From Octopus sinensis (lineage: Eukaryota), in contig NW_021833025.1 in the NCBI RefSeq assembly GCF_006345805.1, positions 139,218-203,217 of the forward strand: a stretch of DNA of 64,000 nucleotides, in the 5' to 3' direction. Below the pieces are notes generated by a model, which made no database searches, was not told where the DNA came from, and saw only the letters and a list, made by a program, of their open reading frames with translations. Within the stretch, counting starts at the first letter, position 1, and the number at the start of each line of letters is the position of its first letter. The position numbers and the translations under genes were made by a program. This document shows, piece by piece, positions 50,736-63,290 of the stretch.

Positions 50736-51860
50736 CTATAAGTTCTCTATCATAGCATATCCGAAACGCACTATCCCGACAAACGACTCTCTCCGCATCC
50801 ATGGAATGGCGCTCTTCTCAGGTACTATGGTCAAGACCTTCTCTACTGTCAACTTCTTTAGCATTGCAATGTATGACTCAAGTCGTCTCCAAGACCAGGA
50901 AATCCTATTTAAGGTATCCATGATCAAAATGCCATCAGCATATATGATGAGTTTTCCAGTACGTATGTCAGCCAGAACGAAGTTGAAAAGAAGTGGACTC
51001 AAGACCAATTCATGTGGGACGCCCCTTCTAAATTCTACACACCCTGATAGGCATTCCCCGCAGCAAACAAAAAATTTCCTTTCAGACAAATAGCTCTCCA
51101 GGCATCGATAGATCTTCATTTTTGCTCCGGTTTCATAAACTCCCGCAAGTAGGCTTGGGTTCCACACGTTATCAAAAGCTTTCGCGAGGTCCAAACACAC
51201 CACAGTTACCAAGCTTTATTACTGTAAGCACGGGATAGTTGGTCCTTTAAATCCTTCGGGGAATCGCTATTGTATGGGTGAAAACAAATTTTGTGATTCC
51301 ACATAACAAGAAAATTTGTTACAGACAATCTTTTCCATTGTTTTAGAGAAAGCACAAATAAGATTAATTACTCCTAACAGTGTCGATTTACCCGATTTTT
51401 GTATCATTCGAACGATTGTATGCTTCCATGCTAGTAGAACGTATCCAAACGTCCAACTAGCGTCAAACATCATAGTCAATGCTCGTATCAGAAGTTCAGA
51501 GGCCCTTTTTAACAATATCTGAGGGATGTAGACGAAACTAGGTGCCTTGTTCTTCAACCCGGCAATTACCTTTTCGACCTCTTCTGCGTTATCTCCCACA
51601 AAAGATTCATCCAACAAATGCCAAAAGTCAAGTTTTTTCACAGGTCCTTCGTGAAACAGTAGATTCGACCTCTTTAACTTGACTGAGTTGATTCCTGAGT
51701 GCGTCCAGAACACGATCGGAGCAGATATATTTTCCATCTGGTCCTTTGAGTGAAATTTCAACTCCTTTGACATTATTTCTGCTAAGGGGTTGGAATGGTT
51801 TCCAGAAGTTAGGATTTTGTTTATCTAGTTTTTTGCATTTCGACTTTCATTTACTTTCGA
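50736..51860 (-). mobile_element. Degraded LINE of the 23690 family
   Basis: LKNKAPSFVYIPQ, LDLAKAFDNVW, RRGVP..LSPLLFN and YADG. Confidence 0.85.
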
Positions 51861-51953
51861 TCTCAGCCTTATTTTAAAATTTAATATTTATTAATATTTT
51901 GGATTCAATATCTTTATTTTTAAATTTATTCATTCATTTGAATTCAATGCTTT

Positions 51954-52286
51954 ATGCAAGACCTTACAAATTTAAAATTTGAGGAGCAAGTATATAAAAT
52001 AACTAAGCAAATACCAATTGGAAAAGTGTCAACATATAAATTAGTTGCTGAGACTCTTGGACGCCCTAAAGCTTTCCGTGCAGTTGGACAAGCGTTGAAA
52101 AAGAACCCATATGCACCCGCAGTTCCATGCCATCGTGTTATTAAATCCGACTTTTCATTGGGGGGATTTAATGGAAATCTCAGTGGACCATTTCTTCAAA
52201 AAAAGATAGAACTTTTAAAATCCGAAGGAGTATCGTTTTTAAATGGTAAAGTAAACTCTAAATTTGTTCATGATTTTAAAGATTGA
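51954..52286 (+). CDS. ogt: Single-domain O6-alkylguanine-DNA alkyltransferase (Ogt/MGMT family), intronless
   Basis: Intact 110-aa ORF with IPIGKVSTY, RAVGQAL..NP and the active-site VPCHRVI; no N-terminal domain. Confidence 0.92.
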   Translation: MQDLTNLKFEEQVYKITKQIPIGKVSTYKLVAETLGRPKAFRAVGQALKKNPYAPAVPCHRVIKSDFSLGGFNGNLSGPFLQKKIELLKSEGVSFLNGKVNSKFVHDFKD

Positions 52287-52392
52287 ATTTTTCAACACTT
52301 ATATTTTGACATTAAGTTGCATTTTTTTAATAAAAAGAAACTAATTAACTAATCAATTGTCTAACCAAGTCTTGAGCTTCAAAATGTAAGGG

Positions 52393-52790
52393 GTGGCATT
52401 CTACACATTTTCGTCCTTTCTTCCTCTTCAGGAAAAGAGTGGATCGGCGAGCATCAAAGGAGATACTTTTCCATTCAGCAAGGGGAAGTGTCTCGTCTGG
52501 GATGTAAGTTGTGCGGACACCTTTGCTCCGGGGACCGTAACCCAGTTTGCGTCGTGTCCTGGCTTCGCGTCTCGCTGGGCCGAGGAAAACAAACGGAGGA
52601 AGTACGCGTCGCTTTCTGACGCGTACCACTTCGTCCCAATCGCCGTAGAGACGATCGGCGTGATTGGGCCCGAGGGGATGAGGATTCTTTCGTTGATCGG
52701 GAAGCTCAATGGAAAAAAGACTAATTACTCCCGGAAACCAGTTGGCTGTATCAGAGGGTTTGATAGCAATCTTGCGGGATAACTCGTTTG
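52393..52790 (+). mobile_element. CRE-like RLE fragment
   Basis: VWDVSCADT, KRRKY and FVPIAVETIG. Confidence 0.85.
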
Positions 52791-52808
52791 CTATCCTGAT
52801 TTGATTAA

Positions 52809-53233
52809 TTATTTACACCAAACTGTTTTAAGTACAACTTTTGGTATTTGGGGACCAGTCATCACACACGGAATGACATGGATTTTACACATGTGTATCA
52901 GCTTAAACTCGTTTGCAAGGAAGTCATATTTCCTGCTTTTTTCCACACGTGATACCATCTCGACGATAACAATCTCCCGGTGAAGGGAGATCCCTGGGGT
53001 ACTCCGTTGGACAGGAGTCGAGACGTGCATTTCCGGCACACCCTTCCCATTCTTCCACTTAGAAGGTTGGTTATCCATAGTTTAAATTTCGGCGGAAATT
53101 CAGTTTGGAATATCTTCCTTGATAGGAGCTTCCTCGAGACAGAGTCGAAGGCTTTGTGAATGTCTACGGGGCAAAGCACTGTCTTTTGGTGCTTTGGTTT
53201 GCTTGAAAAACCAGTACAAATGAATTCCGTCAA
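52809..53233 (-). mobile_element. Fused relics: APE-LINE RT piece and R4/NeSL-like RLE piece
   Basis: VDIHKAFDSV..NGVPQGSP, then VEKSRKYDFLANE..VIPCVMT. Confidence 0.65.
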
Positions 53234-53524
53234 TGACTGTATTTATGAAGAGGTAGACTTCGACTTCTTGAACCAAAAAGAGTGTGAATTTTCCAAATTC
53301 CAGTTCTTACAAGAAACGTGATTTCAAGTTAATAGCGAAATGTTTCGGAGAAAAACATTTTACTTTATTGATGCATATAAACTATTAAGTGACATTAAGT
53401 TGGTGGTCTGAAACTATCGGCAAAAATATACGACGGATAAAATAACACAAAGTATCATTTAGAATTAAAAACACCAATCAATGAATTTATTAGTTTTAGA
53501 TAATAACCGAATCATGTTAAAATA

Positions 53525-54052
53525 TTAGTTGACAGGCTTAACTCCTGACTTATACCATGGAAGATCGTCGACTGTCGTCTCAAATTCATTAAGCTGGCTT
53601 TCCTCCCCACTTAACTCGTCATCACTCTTTCCTGATTCGGTACCAGAATATTTGCTAATAGAATCGGGATCAATGCCACAGTATTTGTCACCCAATTGAA
53701 TGCCTAATAAATAATTAATACAATGAACTTTTTGTAAATTTTGGAGTATTGAAGGTAGTCAGATCTTCGTCCTTTATGTTGAACTGTAATTTCAATTTCG
53801 AGATTCTAGTTTGGAGATCATTGTAAGCATTCTTGTCAAGGGTTTCGAATCCACCAGATTGACTAAAAAATTTGTAATGAATAGACTATACAGAAGGGAC
53901 CGAACTTCTTTTATTTTATCTACAAATAGCTGTTGAATTGGATCTTTAGACTTTTGATACATTGGATATGAGATTCCAATATTTTGTTTCAGTGAGTGGT
54001 AAATAAAACTTAAAGGTAGAGACTTGGATAGCAGCATTCTTAAACCAAGCAT
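53525..54052 (-). CDS. ATP5PF: Mitochondrial ATP synthase coupling factor 6, with a possible acidic C-terminal exon
   Basis: NIGIS..KDPIQQLFVDKIKE, then QSGG...DLQTRISKLK..DLTTFNTPKF. It ends at 53715 if the last intron is retained, or at 53525 if the 25-nt intron 53704-53728 is spliced. Confidence 0.85.
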
Positions 54053-54389
54053 TTGACCACCAGAAGACTAAGCACAACTCAAATAAAATATAATTGATAT
54101 CATTAATGTGAATTATTATTAAAAAACCATAAACTATAAAATTTATATTAACAACATTTACAAACGAGAATTATTTTTTCATACATTTTAAACAAGATTT
54201 CCTGGGTTTTCTTTCCGGAAAATCACACTTAAACTCGGAGACTATGGGACACCAAACACTACTGGTTTCCGACCTGATCGCTTAAGAAGAATATTATACC
54301 TCTTGCGACTTTCGAGCGTAATATGTGATTGAAACAATAACTTTTATTTAGTAAAACCCTTTTAGATAAAAAAAGGGAGTTTAAATAGT

Positions 54390-56830
54390 TAAAGGCTTTA
54401 CGGAGACGCTCGGCCAGCCTTGTGGATTACAGCAATCGATAGACCTTCTAAGAACCAATCATATCTATCGACTCCCTCGAGTCGTGTCTTATCCTTGATA
54501 TTCTTTGGCCGAGCGAGTACAGGGCATCAGCGAGGCCAGGGCTATCTGTATGATAACGTTGAGTTTGAATATAAATTCCCTGGGATCTCTGGAGCAATGG
54601 GTGCACAGAGCAATGGGTGCACAGACGGCCAAGCTTCTCTAGATGAGCAAGCCCCTTAGTCTCAGCGGCAATTGCCCAAAAGCAAAAGCGATCGCAAAAA
54701 TCATCGTATTTCGTCATTCGGTTTTCTCGGCTGACGAACCGGGTCGACTAGGAATGGAATTCAAGGCTCCCTTGGCAAAAGAGTCGGCACAGGTCACGTC
54801 CCAAACAAGCTGCTTCCCGGATTTAAAAGCGAAAAGCGTACAGCCGTAGGGACGTTTTGGATTTTTAAGGTCGAGACCCGTCTGTTCCAGAACTGAAGAG
54901 AAACCAGCTCTTTCCAGGGCTTTACGAATTAGGTTGTTAATTTCAGTGTGCCGAGAAAATCGGCTGGCACTCGTTCTACAAAACAGAAGATGGAGCCCAA
55001 GGACGTCAACTTTAGCCCCACAACAGCAGGGTGAGGTCTGCAGACAGGGAGTCCAAGGAGATTGCAGATAGCCAAACTGAGTTAATCCCTATCGAGGACA
55101 TTATCCAAAAGCGGAGAAGGGAGTACACTAAGCCAGGAGCCTGAGTATGGCTGACAGGCGGAACAAAAACAGGCCCATCTGTGTTAATCGAAAAGCGGTT
55201 CCAAGTTAGCTGAAGATCGACGGCAAAAAATTTTGTCCCAATCCCGCTGAAAAATGACATTGGAAGGGAGTTCAGAGTTATTTTGTTTTAAAGTGAAAGG
55301 ACCGAATAAATATTAGAGTCAAACGATGATTCAGTAGTTTTTTCCAGAATTTTTTGGACAAGGAGATATGATCCAGATGCCAAAGAAAGAAAGGCAGAAA
55401 GAGCCAACTGTAACGGAGGCTCAGACCTCCGTGACTCACAGGAAGTTTAGCTTGACACCAGGCAATATCATCAAAACGTACATTAAGAATTTTCTCAGCA
55501 GAACTCAGAACCAGAGAATCATGAGATTCCAGGACGTGCGTAACATAAAACAAGGAGACCTCCTCAGGATATAAATGATTTTTGGGATCAAAAGATAGTT
55601 TTTGAGAATGTAGAATGAAGAATGAGGATCAATGACAGAAAGTTTTTCATATAAAGATGCGATAAGATTTTTTTGGCAAGGAGGATTCGTGTAGCTGAAT
55701 CGGCAAGAATTGGTGACCCCAAAATTTCCAGATCAAAGGTGTCTGTCTCAACTGAGGAAGGAGTCCGCAGAAAAGAGAGAAGGAGTTCTTTAACAGTAAT
55801 GGGTCAACAGAGAGATTGACAATCTCAGACTTACTGGAAATAATGACCATACCAATGTTAGACAACGTCGGAATTAGAGTGGCTAAGTCTTTCAACAAAA
55901 CATCAGGCAGACCGCCCAGGGTACAATCGTCGAGATACCAGCAATTTAGAGGTGATTCATTTAGCAGGGAAATAAAATCCACGGCAAGAGCAAACAATAA
56001 AGGGCCTAAAGGATCACCCTGTTGGACGCCACAAAAAGAAATGAAAGAACTGCTGGCGATTTAAAGAGATTGAAGCGAGTATGAAAGCGAGATAAAGGGA
56101 AGTAAATGTGGAGCACGGGCTTGACAGACCTCCAACAAATGGCCACAGTCTAGAGAATTGAATGCATTAGTTACATTCAGTTTCAATAAGGTAAGGGGAA
56201 TGGATCGAATGGGAACGTCAATGAAACAACGACAGGCATGGACAGAAAACTCGCAGCATCCAACTGAATGGGCTGCAGTTGCACACTAATAGAATGGATA
56301 ACGGACTTACAGCAGACTTTTGCGAATAAACGACGAAAGACATTTCCAACAGCAATAGGCCTGATGCCACCATCTTTCTTGCCTAGGGCTGTAAGATTCG
56401 CGGAAAAAACAGAATTCTAGCATGATCAGAAATTTTGCCACTTAGGAATAAATTGCAAGCATTCAAGAGGCGATTCCCGGTATCACCAGTTGCGGAAATT
56501 AAGTCTCTCGAATGAATAGGGCGGAGATACCCCCACTCCTGTTATCCCTAAAAGAATTTAGGGCATCCGAAAGTTGTTTGGAAGAAACAGAAAAAGGCAA
56601 ACAGGACGAATGCGCCATATCAAAGGTTATTGGTTTTCCAATAGGGCGCAACATCGGAGGTGATTGTAAGGACAGAATCAGAAGACACCAGGAGAAGAAC
56701 AGCCGTGCTGACACCTGCGACATTAAACATGAATTAATCCGAGACCGTAAGAAAAACCGAACGAGAGAGCCATTCATAGATATTCTTTTTCCGAATGGCC
56801 ATCGTGAAAATAAAGTCGTGTATTAATGCA
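54390..56830 (-). mobile_element. CRE-like retrotransposon, most complete copy (RT + RLE), decayed
   Basis: GGIRPIAVGNVFRRLFAK, QQGDPLGPLLFAL, WYLDD, WCQAKLPVSHGGL, VWDVTCADS and ETKG. Confidence 0.88.
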
Positions 56831-56939
56831 GATCTTTTTTCTCTGTTTTTCAGAAGGATTTTTCAACAGAGTTTTTTTTAGATCAGCACAGGTAACACGT
56901 ATTGTCCTTTTTTTTGGGTTTTGCAAAGATTGTGTGCCA

Positions 56940-58000
56940 AGTGGTAAGTAGCCGAAGAGTTATCTAAAAATTAGAGCTCAGCATTTCAAAATAATCAGCG
57001 ATGGGCAGAATTTTTGTTTCCCAATGGAGGTGATCAACATCCGGTTATCGTTCTAAGCTCAGCAAGGCGAGGCATAGTTCATTGTTGTTTGAGTGAATTG
57101 TTTGTATATGAGTTTGAAACTTTTCTTGGTTTTTCCGAAAGAATAACCAGAGATTGCACGTAGTGCGTTCAGTTTGCGCTTGACTTTAGTACATATTGTA
57201 TTCATGTGAATAGAGTAACTCTGAGATTGATCATAGGTGACATCCAGATTTTGGGGGTTTTTCGTTATGGGTAAAAGATTTCTAAGTACAAAGAGTGAGA
57301 TTCATGATTGAATTTACGATTTTTCGGAGTGAAGAGCGTTGACGTCAATTTAAATGGTGAGATGGATAGCTGGTAGATGGTAAACCAGGCAGCAATTGAA
57401 TTCAGATGGGATTGATAATGGTTGGTTGCTGTTTATATATTGCTATCTCTTGATGCAATAATTATTTCGTTTGCGTATGAGAATAGTAATGTATTTTTGG
57501 TAACTGGTGCATCACTTAAATTGAAGTTGAAGAGAAGCGGCGATAGCACTGAGCCCCGTGGGACTCCATTGAAAGCGAGACTTATATCCTATAACCTCTG
57601 TTTTGCATAAGCGGCCCGATAAAAAAGTTGCTAACCAACGTTTAAAATATCGGTCATTGGAATATCGGTCATAGCAAATTTATTATTCAGAACAAGTCTT
57701 AGTGAGATCGACCGATACAAGTATAGTTTTTGAGGAGGTTTAAAATTGTTAGATACGTCTTGGATAAATTGAGTTAAGGTTGTTTGATGTGTTGTGGTGG
57801 AATAGTGCGGACGAAAACCATGCTGTGATTTCGCAAATGGAAAAAGAAGATAGATTTGATTTTGTCCTTGAGTCAATAAACGAGATAAAAGAATTCCAGT
57901 ATCTGAGAATTTCAGTTTCTGATTATTAACAGTTTTCTGATGTGAAATATGCATTCTATTTGTATTGTTCAGATTGGTGATATCTTCTTGGTAGGTCACG
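56940..58000 (-). mobile_element. Degraded APE-type LINE RT
   Basis: QHGFRPHYSTT, GVPRGSVLSPLLFNF and KRKLNALRAI. Confidence 0.75.
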
Positions 58001-59340
58001 CCTGGTTTTCTCGCATTTGTAGTTGATACTCATCCCATCTTCTATGCTTGTAGAACCGGTCTACGAGGGAAAAGTACTTTTGGAGCTTTCGATCTTCTGC
58101 TCTTTTTGGGAGAGAACCTGCTTCAGAGGCGGACCCTAGAATTGCAAAAAACGCAAACGTATCGGAGCATGTAGCATCTCAAACAAATGGTTTTCCACAC
58201 TTGTATGGGAAGTGCGACACAGCGTCGGGTCTTTTCCCGTCGTCTCTTGAGAAGTCGGGTTGTTCGAGCTGCAAAAAGGCTCCAGAGGCCTCTAGGGCGT
58301 GCTTAACAATGTTGTTCAGTCCAGAATGGTGTGGGAGTCGGCCTGCACTCATCTGGCAAAAGAGAGGATGTAGGCCCTTTACGTCGACAATATCCCCGCA
58401 TCGGCATCCGTGAGGGGTGCAAATGTTCAAACCGAGACACGGAAAGATCCCGATTCTGAAGCACACGGAGTCTAAAAAGTTTCCGATTTTGCATGGCGGG
58501 AACGCATTCAGCCAGGCACCGCTCCGTGAGACGCGCCGGAAAGCAGACAGGACGTCTGTGTTGGTCTTCAAGGCAACCGAAAGAATTCGAGGAGATAATG
58601 TTTATCCAGTTCTTTGACAAGCAAAGGTCGGATGCGTCTTAAGGCCACCGGAGATCCGAATGGAACTTGCAGTAGAAAACCCTACGTCCGGGATCGATTC
58701 AAAGGAGGGAGAGAGAATCTTGAGGACAAAAAGTTTGCACAGGGAATTCGATGAAAAAAATGATGGTAAGGCGAGGATGAATAGTGTTTAAGAACCAATC
58801 CCGCCATGTTTAATAGGTCGTCAAAAGAAAAATTACAGATTTCAGAGAGCAAATTTTTTAGGAGTTTGTCAAATAGCTCAAGCTCCTTTGGAAAGACGTG
58901 AAAAGGGGGGAAAAGAAGGAAATACTGTAGGCGCGGATACGCTAGAAAGTATTTGAGGAGGTAAAATGCGATATTAGGATCTATTGGCGGCAGTAAAGAG
59001 AAACTTTCTGCCATATTGGAGAGCTTTTGGTTAAGGAGACGAGGCAGGGCGAAATGATATGGATCGAAGTTAGACGAGAGTTGAATGAGGAAACATTATG
59101 ACTTTCAAAGAGCGTGGGCTCACAGGAGATGTTAAAGATTTCAGATTTGATAAGATTAACAGATAGACCGAGAGAGGAGTGGGAAGGAATGGTGTTATCA
59201 ATGTCCTCAAGAACTATATGTAAAGGGGCAGCGATAATGGGATCGTCGAGGTGCCACACATGGAGTTCAGAGAGACATTTCTGGGCAATTTGGTCGATAG
59301 AAAGAGAGAACGACAATGGTCCGAGTGGATCATACATAAA
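57990..59340 (-). mobile_element. CRE-like retrotransposon fragment
   Basis: DPLGPLSFSL, WHLDD, SGAWLNAFP, HGCRCG..LHPLFC and GKRPDA. Confidence 0.85.
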
Positions 59341-59661
59341 GATGTAGTTATAACTTCACTATGATTGATGTGAGTTCAATGTGGATGTCTTGGTTCAGTA
59401 GGGAACAGATAAAGCTGGAGATTAATATCTTGCAATTACGCGGTGTCATCGATCATAACAAACAAAGCATTTGCAGCACAATAGGTAAGATCCCTGAAAT
59501 GTTCGAAACAAATAGTTGTGTTCGAGCATGTTCGACAGCTACACTTTAAGTGTCCACAGATACAAGCTCAGACCAAAGACAGTCTATAATCTCAATTAGA
59601 TTTTGATCATATTCACTTGAGATTGTAAACAATTTATTTCTAAAAAATGAAAATAGAAAAA

Positions 59662-60645
59662 TCAAATTTGGCCATCATGACTTAGATGCTTAATCAACCC
59701 AAATGAATCAAAGGCATCATACAGGAACAAATTCTCTGATCCTCTAATAGTTCCCTGCAAAACCTGAAAGGCTTCACTAAATTCAAAATACCTCAAAAAT
59801 TTTCTGAGATATCAAACCACCCAAGACCGAACAAACGGGGTTAAATAGTCCGAGGGAATGTTTATACCACCCAAATTCCTTTTGATCTTGTGACAAATGG
59901 CCAAAATTGTTACAAATCAGTCGATATTCCACCTCAGTCTCTTCCGGAGACAAATCTTTTGGTAATTTATTAATAACTAGCATGTTATTCGACATTATTA
60001 CTCAATAAATAATATAAAATGCGTAAATATTTCCATTTTCTACTTGAAATTGGGCTATTCAAAACCTTTTCAAACAATTCGTGATCCAGACAGCAAAAAT
60101 CCAATTCCTAAGAAAATACATGTGAGAATAATAACTTTATTTTCATCACTAAAATTATATAAAATAATAAAACTACAAATTATGTCCAAGGTCGACAAAG
60201 AAGTAAGAAAATGCACCAAAAATATTCCCACAAATAAAGGGAACCTCTAGTTCACGTGCCCATTTGTTGGTGGTGGCACATTCAGAAATATCACTGCTTA
60301 TTAAGCATATTATTTTTGGCATTCTATGCTGACAAAATGTCACGGGAGTATATTTTTGAGTATCAACGATTTCAATTTGAACGTTGCGATTTAAATTGGT
60401 AAGGAATATTCTATCCTTCTCGTCAAAGTCTGTGTAAAATATAAAGAGGTGTCTTATTCCAGCTAAAATCAGGTTCTTGGAGATTTCGAATCCAGGACTT
60501 TGATATCCAATTAATAAAACATCGGCGTTTTTGAGTCTATGTATCATTATATCATTTAATACTTTATCTGTCCATCTTGTCCCCATAGACGTATCTGCCT
60601 ATCATAAAGTGAAGATTCTTCTGTCGTTAAAAGTCGGTCACACAT
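59662..60645 (-). CDS. SAE1: SUMO-activating enzyme subunit 1 (Aos1), compact
   Basis: Spliced start MCDRLLTTEESSLYDRQIRLWGQDGQ (26-nt intron), then EISKNLILAGI, FGAFSYFFVDLG, PVCSVLGGLISQ and NLFLYD (after a 28-nt intron). Confidence 0.88.
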
Positions 60646-60741
60646 AATACATTTAAACAATGAGTTTTTTAATGATTTTTATTATACCAATATTAAAAAT
60701 ATTAAGTTCAATTCATTAAAAATATTTAAAGATGTCTATTA

Positions 60742-62809
60742 TCTTAAAATCTTAATAATAAAATGGTATGGTGTGTGTCTGTCTGTCTGTCTGTGTGTCT
60801 GTCTGTGTGTCTGTCTGTCTGTCTGTGTGTGCACACCAACTTCAAATTGGCAATACGATGTCCTCGACTTACATGATGAGGTCCTTAAAACCTTCCCCCC
60901 AAAAAAATAAAAAAAAAATTTTCTGCATTTTGGTTAAAATGAACACACTACAATGTCCTCGACTTACATGATGAAGTCCTTAAAACCTTCCCCCCAAAAA
61001 AATTAAAAAAAATTTTCTGCATTTTGGTTAAAATGAACACTAAAATGTCCTCGACTTACACGATGAAGTCCTTAAAACCTTCCCCCCAAAAAAATAAAAA
61101 AAAATTTTCTGCATTTTGGTTAAAATGAACAACTACAATGTCCTCGACTTACATGATGAAGTCCTTAAAACCTTCCCCCCAAAAAAATTAAAAAAAAATT
61201 TTCTGCATTTTGGTTAAAATGAACAACTACAATGTCCTCGACTACATTCAATGATGAAGTCCTTAAAACCTTCCCCCCAAAAAATCAAAAAATTATTTTC
61301 TGCATTTTGATTAAAATGAACAACGCGAATGTCCTCGACATTCATGATGAGGCCATTAAAACCTTCAAGGCAAAAATCTCACTTATTAAGAATATCCTTG
61401 ATGAAAACGACAGCGAGAATATTAACAATGATGAACTCCCAATTATCGCGATAAGAAATTCAATTCATCCTATGTTTTTCTCTTTAAAATTAAATGCATA
61501 TATCATTATCGACCATGTGAACAAATTAAAGCTATTATCATATTTGACTTTGACCGAATGTGCAATCACAGATTGCACGACTTTGAATAGGTGTGCAATT
61601 AACAATTTTGAAAACCACTTTGATAGTTGAAACCACATTAGCACAATCATTAACACAATTTACCACCAATTTGACGCACGACCTTGAATAGAGTGTGCAA
61701 TTAACAGATTTTGAAAAACACTTTGGTTAAAATGAACAACTACAATGTCCTCGACTTACATGATGAAGTCCTAAAACCTTCCCCCCAAAAAATCAAAAAT
61801 TATTTTCTGCATTTTGATTAAAATGAACAACGCGAATGTCCTCGACATTCATGATGAGGTCCATTAAAACTTCAAGGCAAAAATCTCACGTATTAAGAAT
61901 ATCCTTGATGAAAACGACAGCGAGAATATTAACAATGATGAACTCCCAATATTTCGCGATAAAGAAATTCAATTCATCCTATGTTTTTGCTCTTTAAAAT
62001 TAAATGCATATATCATTATCGACCATGAATCAAAATTAAAGCTATTATCATATTTGACTTTGACAGAATGTGCATCTTTGATTGACAGAATGTGCAATCT
62101 TTGATAGTTGAAACCACATTAGCACAACCATTAACACATTACACATTTACCACCAATTGACAGCGCAATCAGAAGAATTTGCGTAAAAATTTAACTATTT
62201 ACTTGAGTTTTTCGTAAAGATAGAATTTATTTCGGTATGCCTCTTTTCCTAAACTTTTTTATTATTCAAAAATAATTTTTTAAATAGATAACCGAAGGAG
62301 GAAAAACGAAGCTGAAGAAAAAACGGTCAGCTTAATAAGGTAATTAATTAAATCTTTTTTGTGTGTCGCTTTCTTGCCTGCCGCATCTCCCCCTGCCCCA
62401 TTTCCGCCAGTAAAAAACAAAAAAATAAAAAAGAAAAAAAAGGAATTACAAAGGAAAAATGAAAAAATTAAATATAAAAAAAATAGACCACAAAAAATGA
62501 AAAAAAAAGTTTGCAATGACAATAAACAAGGCCCAGGGACGTCATTAAAGGTAGTTGGGTTATTTTTAGAGAGTGAGTGCTTTTCACATGGACAGCTGTA
62601 TGTGGGATGCTCGAGGGTAGGCAGAAGAGAAAATTTATTCATATATGCCAAGGAAGGACGGACGACAAACATCGTTTATCAACAGGCGATAGAATAGGGT
62701 TACATTAAACCAGGTAGTTTTATACATCTACATAAACTTATAGTTGTTTGATGAAACAGGCCCTCCGCAGGAGCTAGGTCGCGGTGAGCGAAGCGAGCTG
62801 CCGAGCTAG
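60742..62809 (+). mobile_element. Non-autonomous Helitron
   Basis: 5' A|TC at 60742 or 60750 followed by a (TGTC)n microsatellite. Helicase C-terminus FSHGQLYVGCSRVG...TNIVY. 3' GC-rich hairpin-like region and CTAG|T at 62806-62810. Confidence 0.85.
60858..61330 (+). repeat. About 93-bp minisatellite, five copies plus a partial
   Basis: The unit atgtcctcgacttacatgatga.gtccttaaaaccttcccccc... starts at 60858, 60953, 61045, 61138 and 61232. A roughly 450-bp block (61240-61700) is then repeated at about 61745-62160. Confidence 0.9.
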
Positions 62810-62899
62810 TATATTTATAAGATTTTAAGAAATTTTTGTCCGAACTACCCTACATCACATTTTCCAGAAAATGGCGTAATATTAAGTCTTTTCTTTTGG

Positions 62900-63290
62900 T
62901 ACAATGGCTTATAATTTTTCTTTCTGGAAAGGAACTTTTATTAACAACATCGACCATTCCCAGAATTCGCCAAACAGGATTTCACAATGATTAGCTTTGT
63001 TCCCTACTTCATTCAACATGCATTTAATAATTTAAATCAACCTGAGACTATTTTGACTTTTATCAATACTAAATTTTAAATTTCAAACTACTTCTCCCAC
63101 AGTTTTTGGTTTTTACAAAGCACCCTTATCAATTCAATTACAAATTCAATTCCAAAATCACTCCCCGAATTTTCAATCAACTTCTGGTTGTTGTAAAATT
63201 CTTCAAAATCATGGCGTTGTTTTTTTACCAATTCATTTCCTATACGAGCTAATGTAACTAAAACCAGATAAACACTAAATGACATGCTTA
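62900..63290 (-). mobile_element. Possible rve-integrase relic
   Basis: GSDFGIEFVIELIRVLC resembles SDNGxEF; weak. Confidence 0.3.

Noticed and set aside
61232-61630. Captured host gene inside the Helitron
   Set aside because: The ORF starts within the minisatellite unit, has no recognisable motif, and its duplicate is frameshifted.
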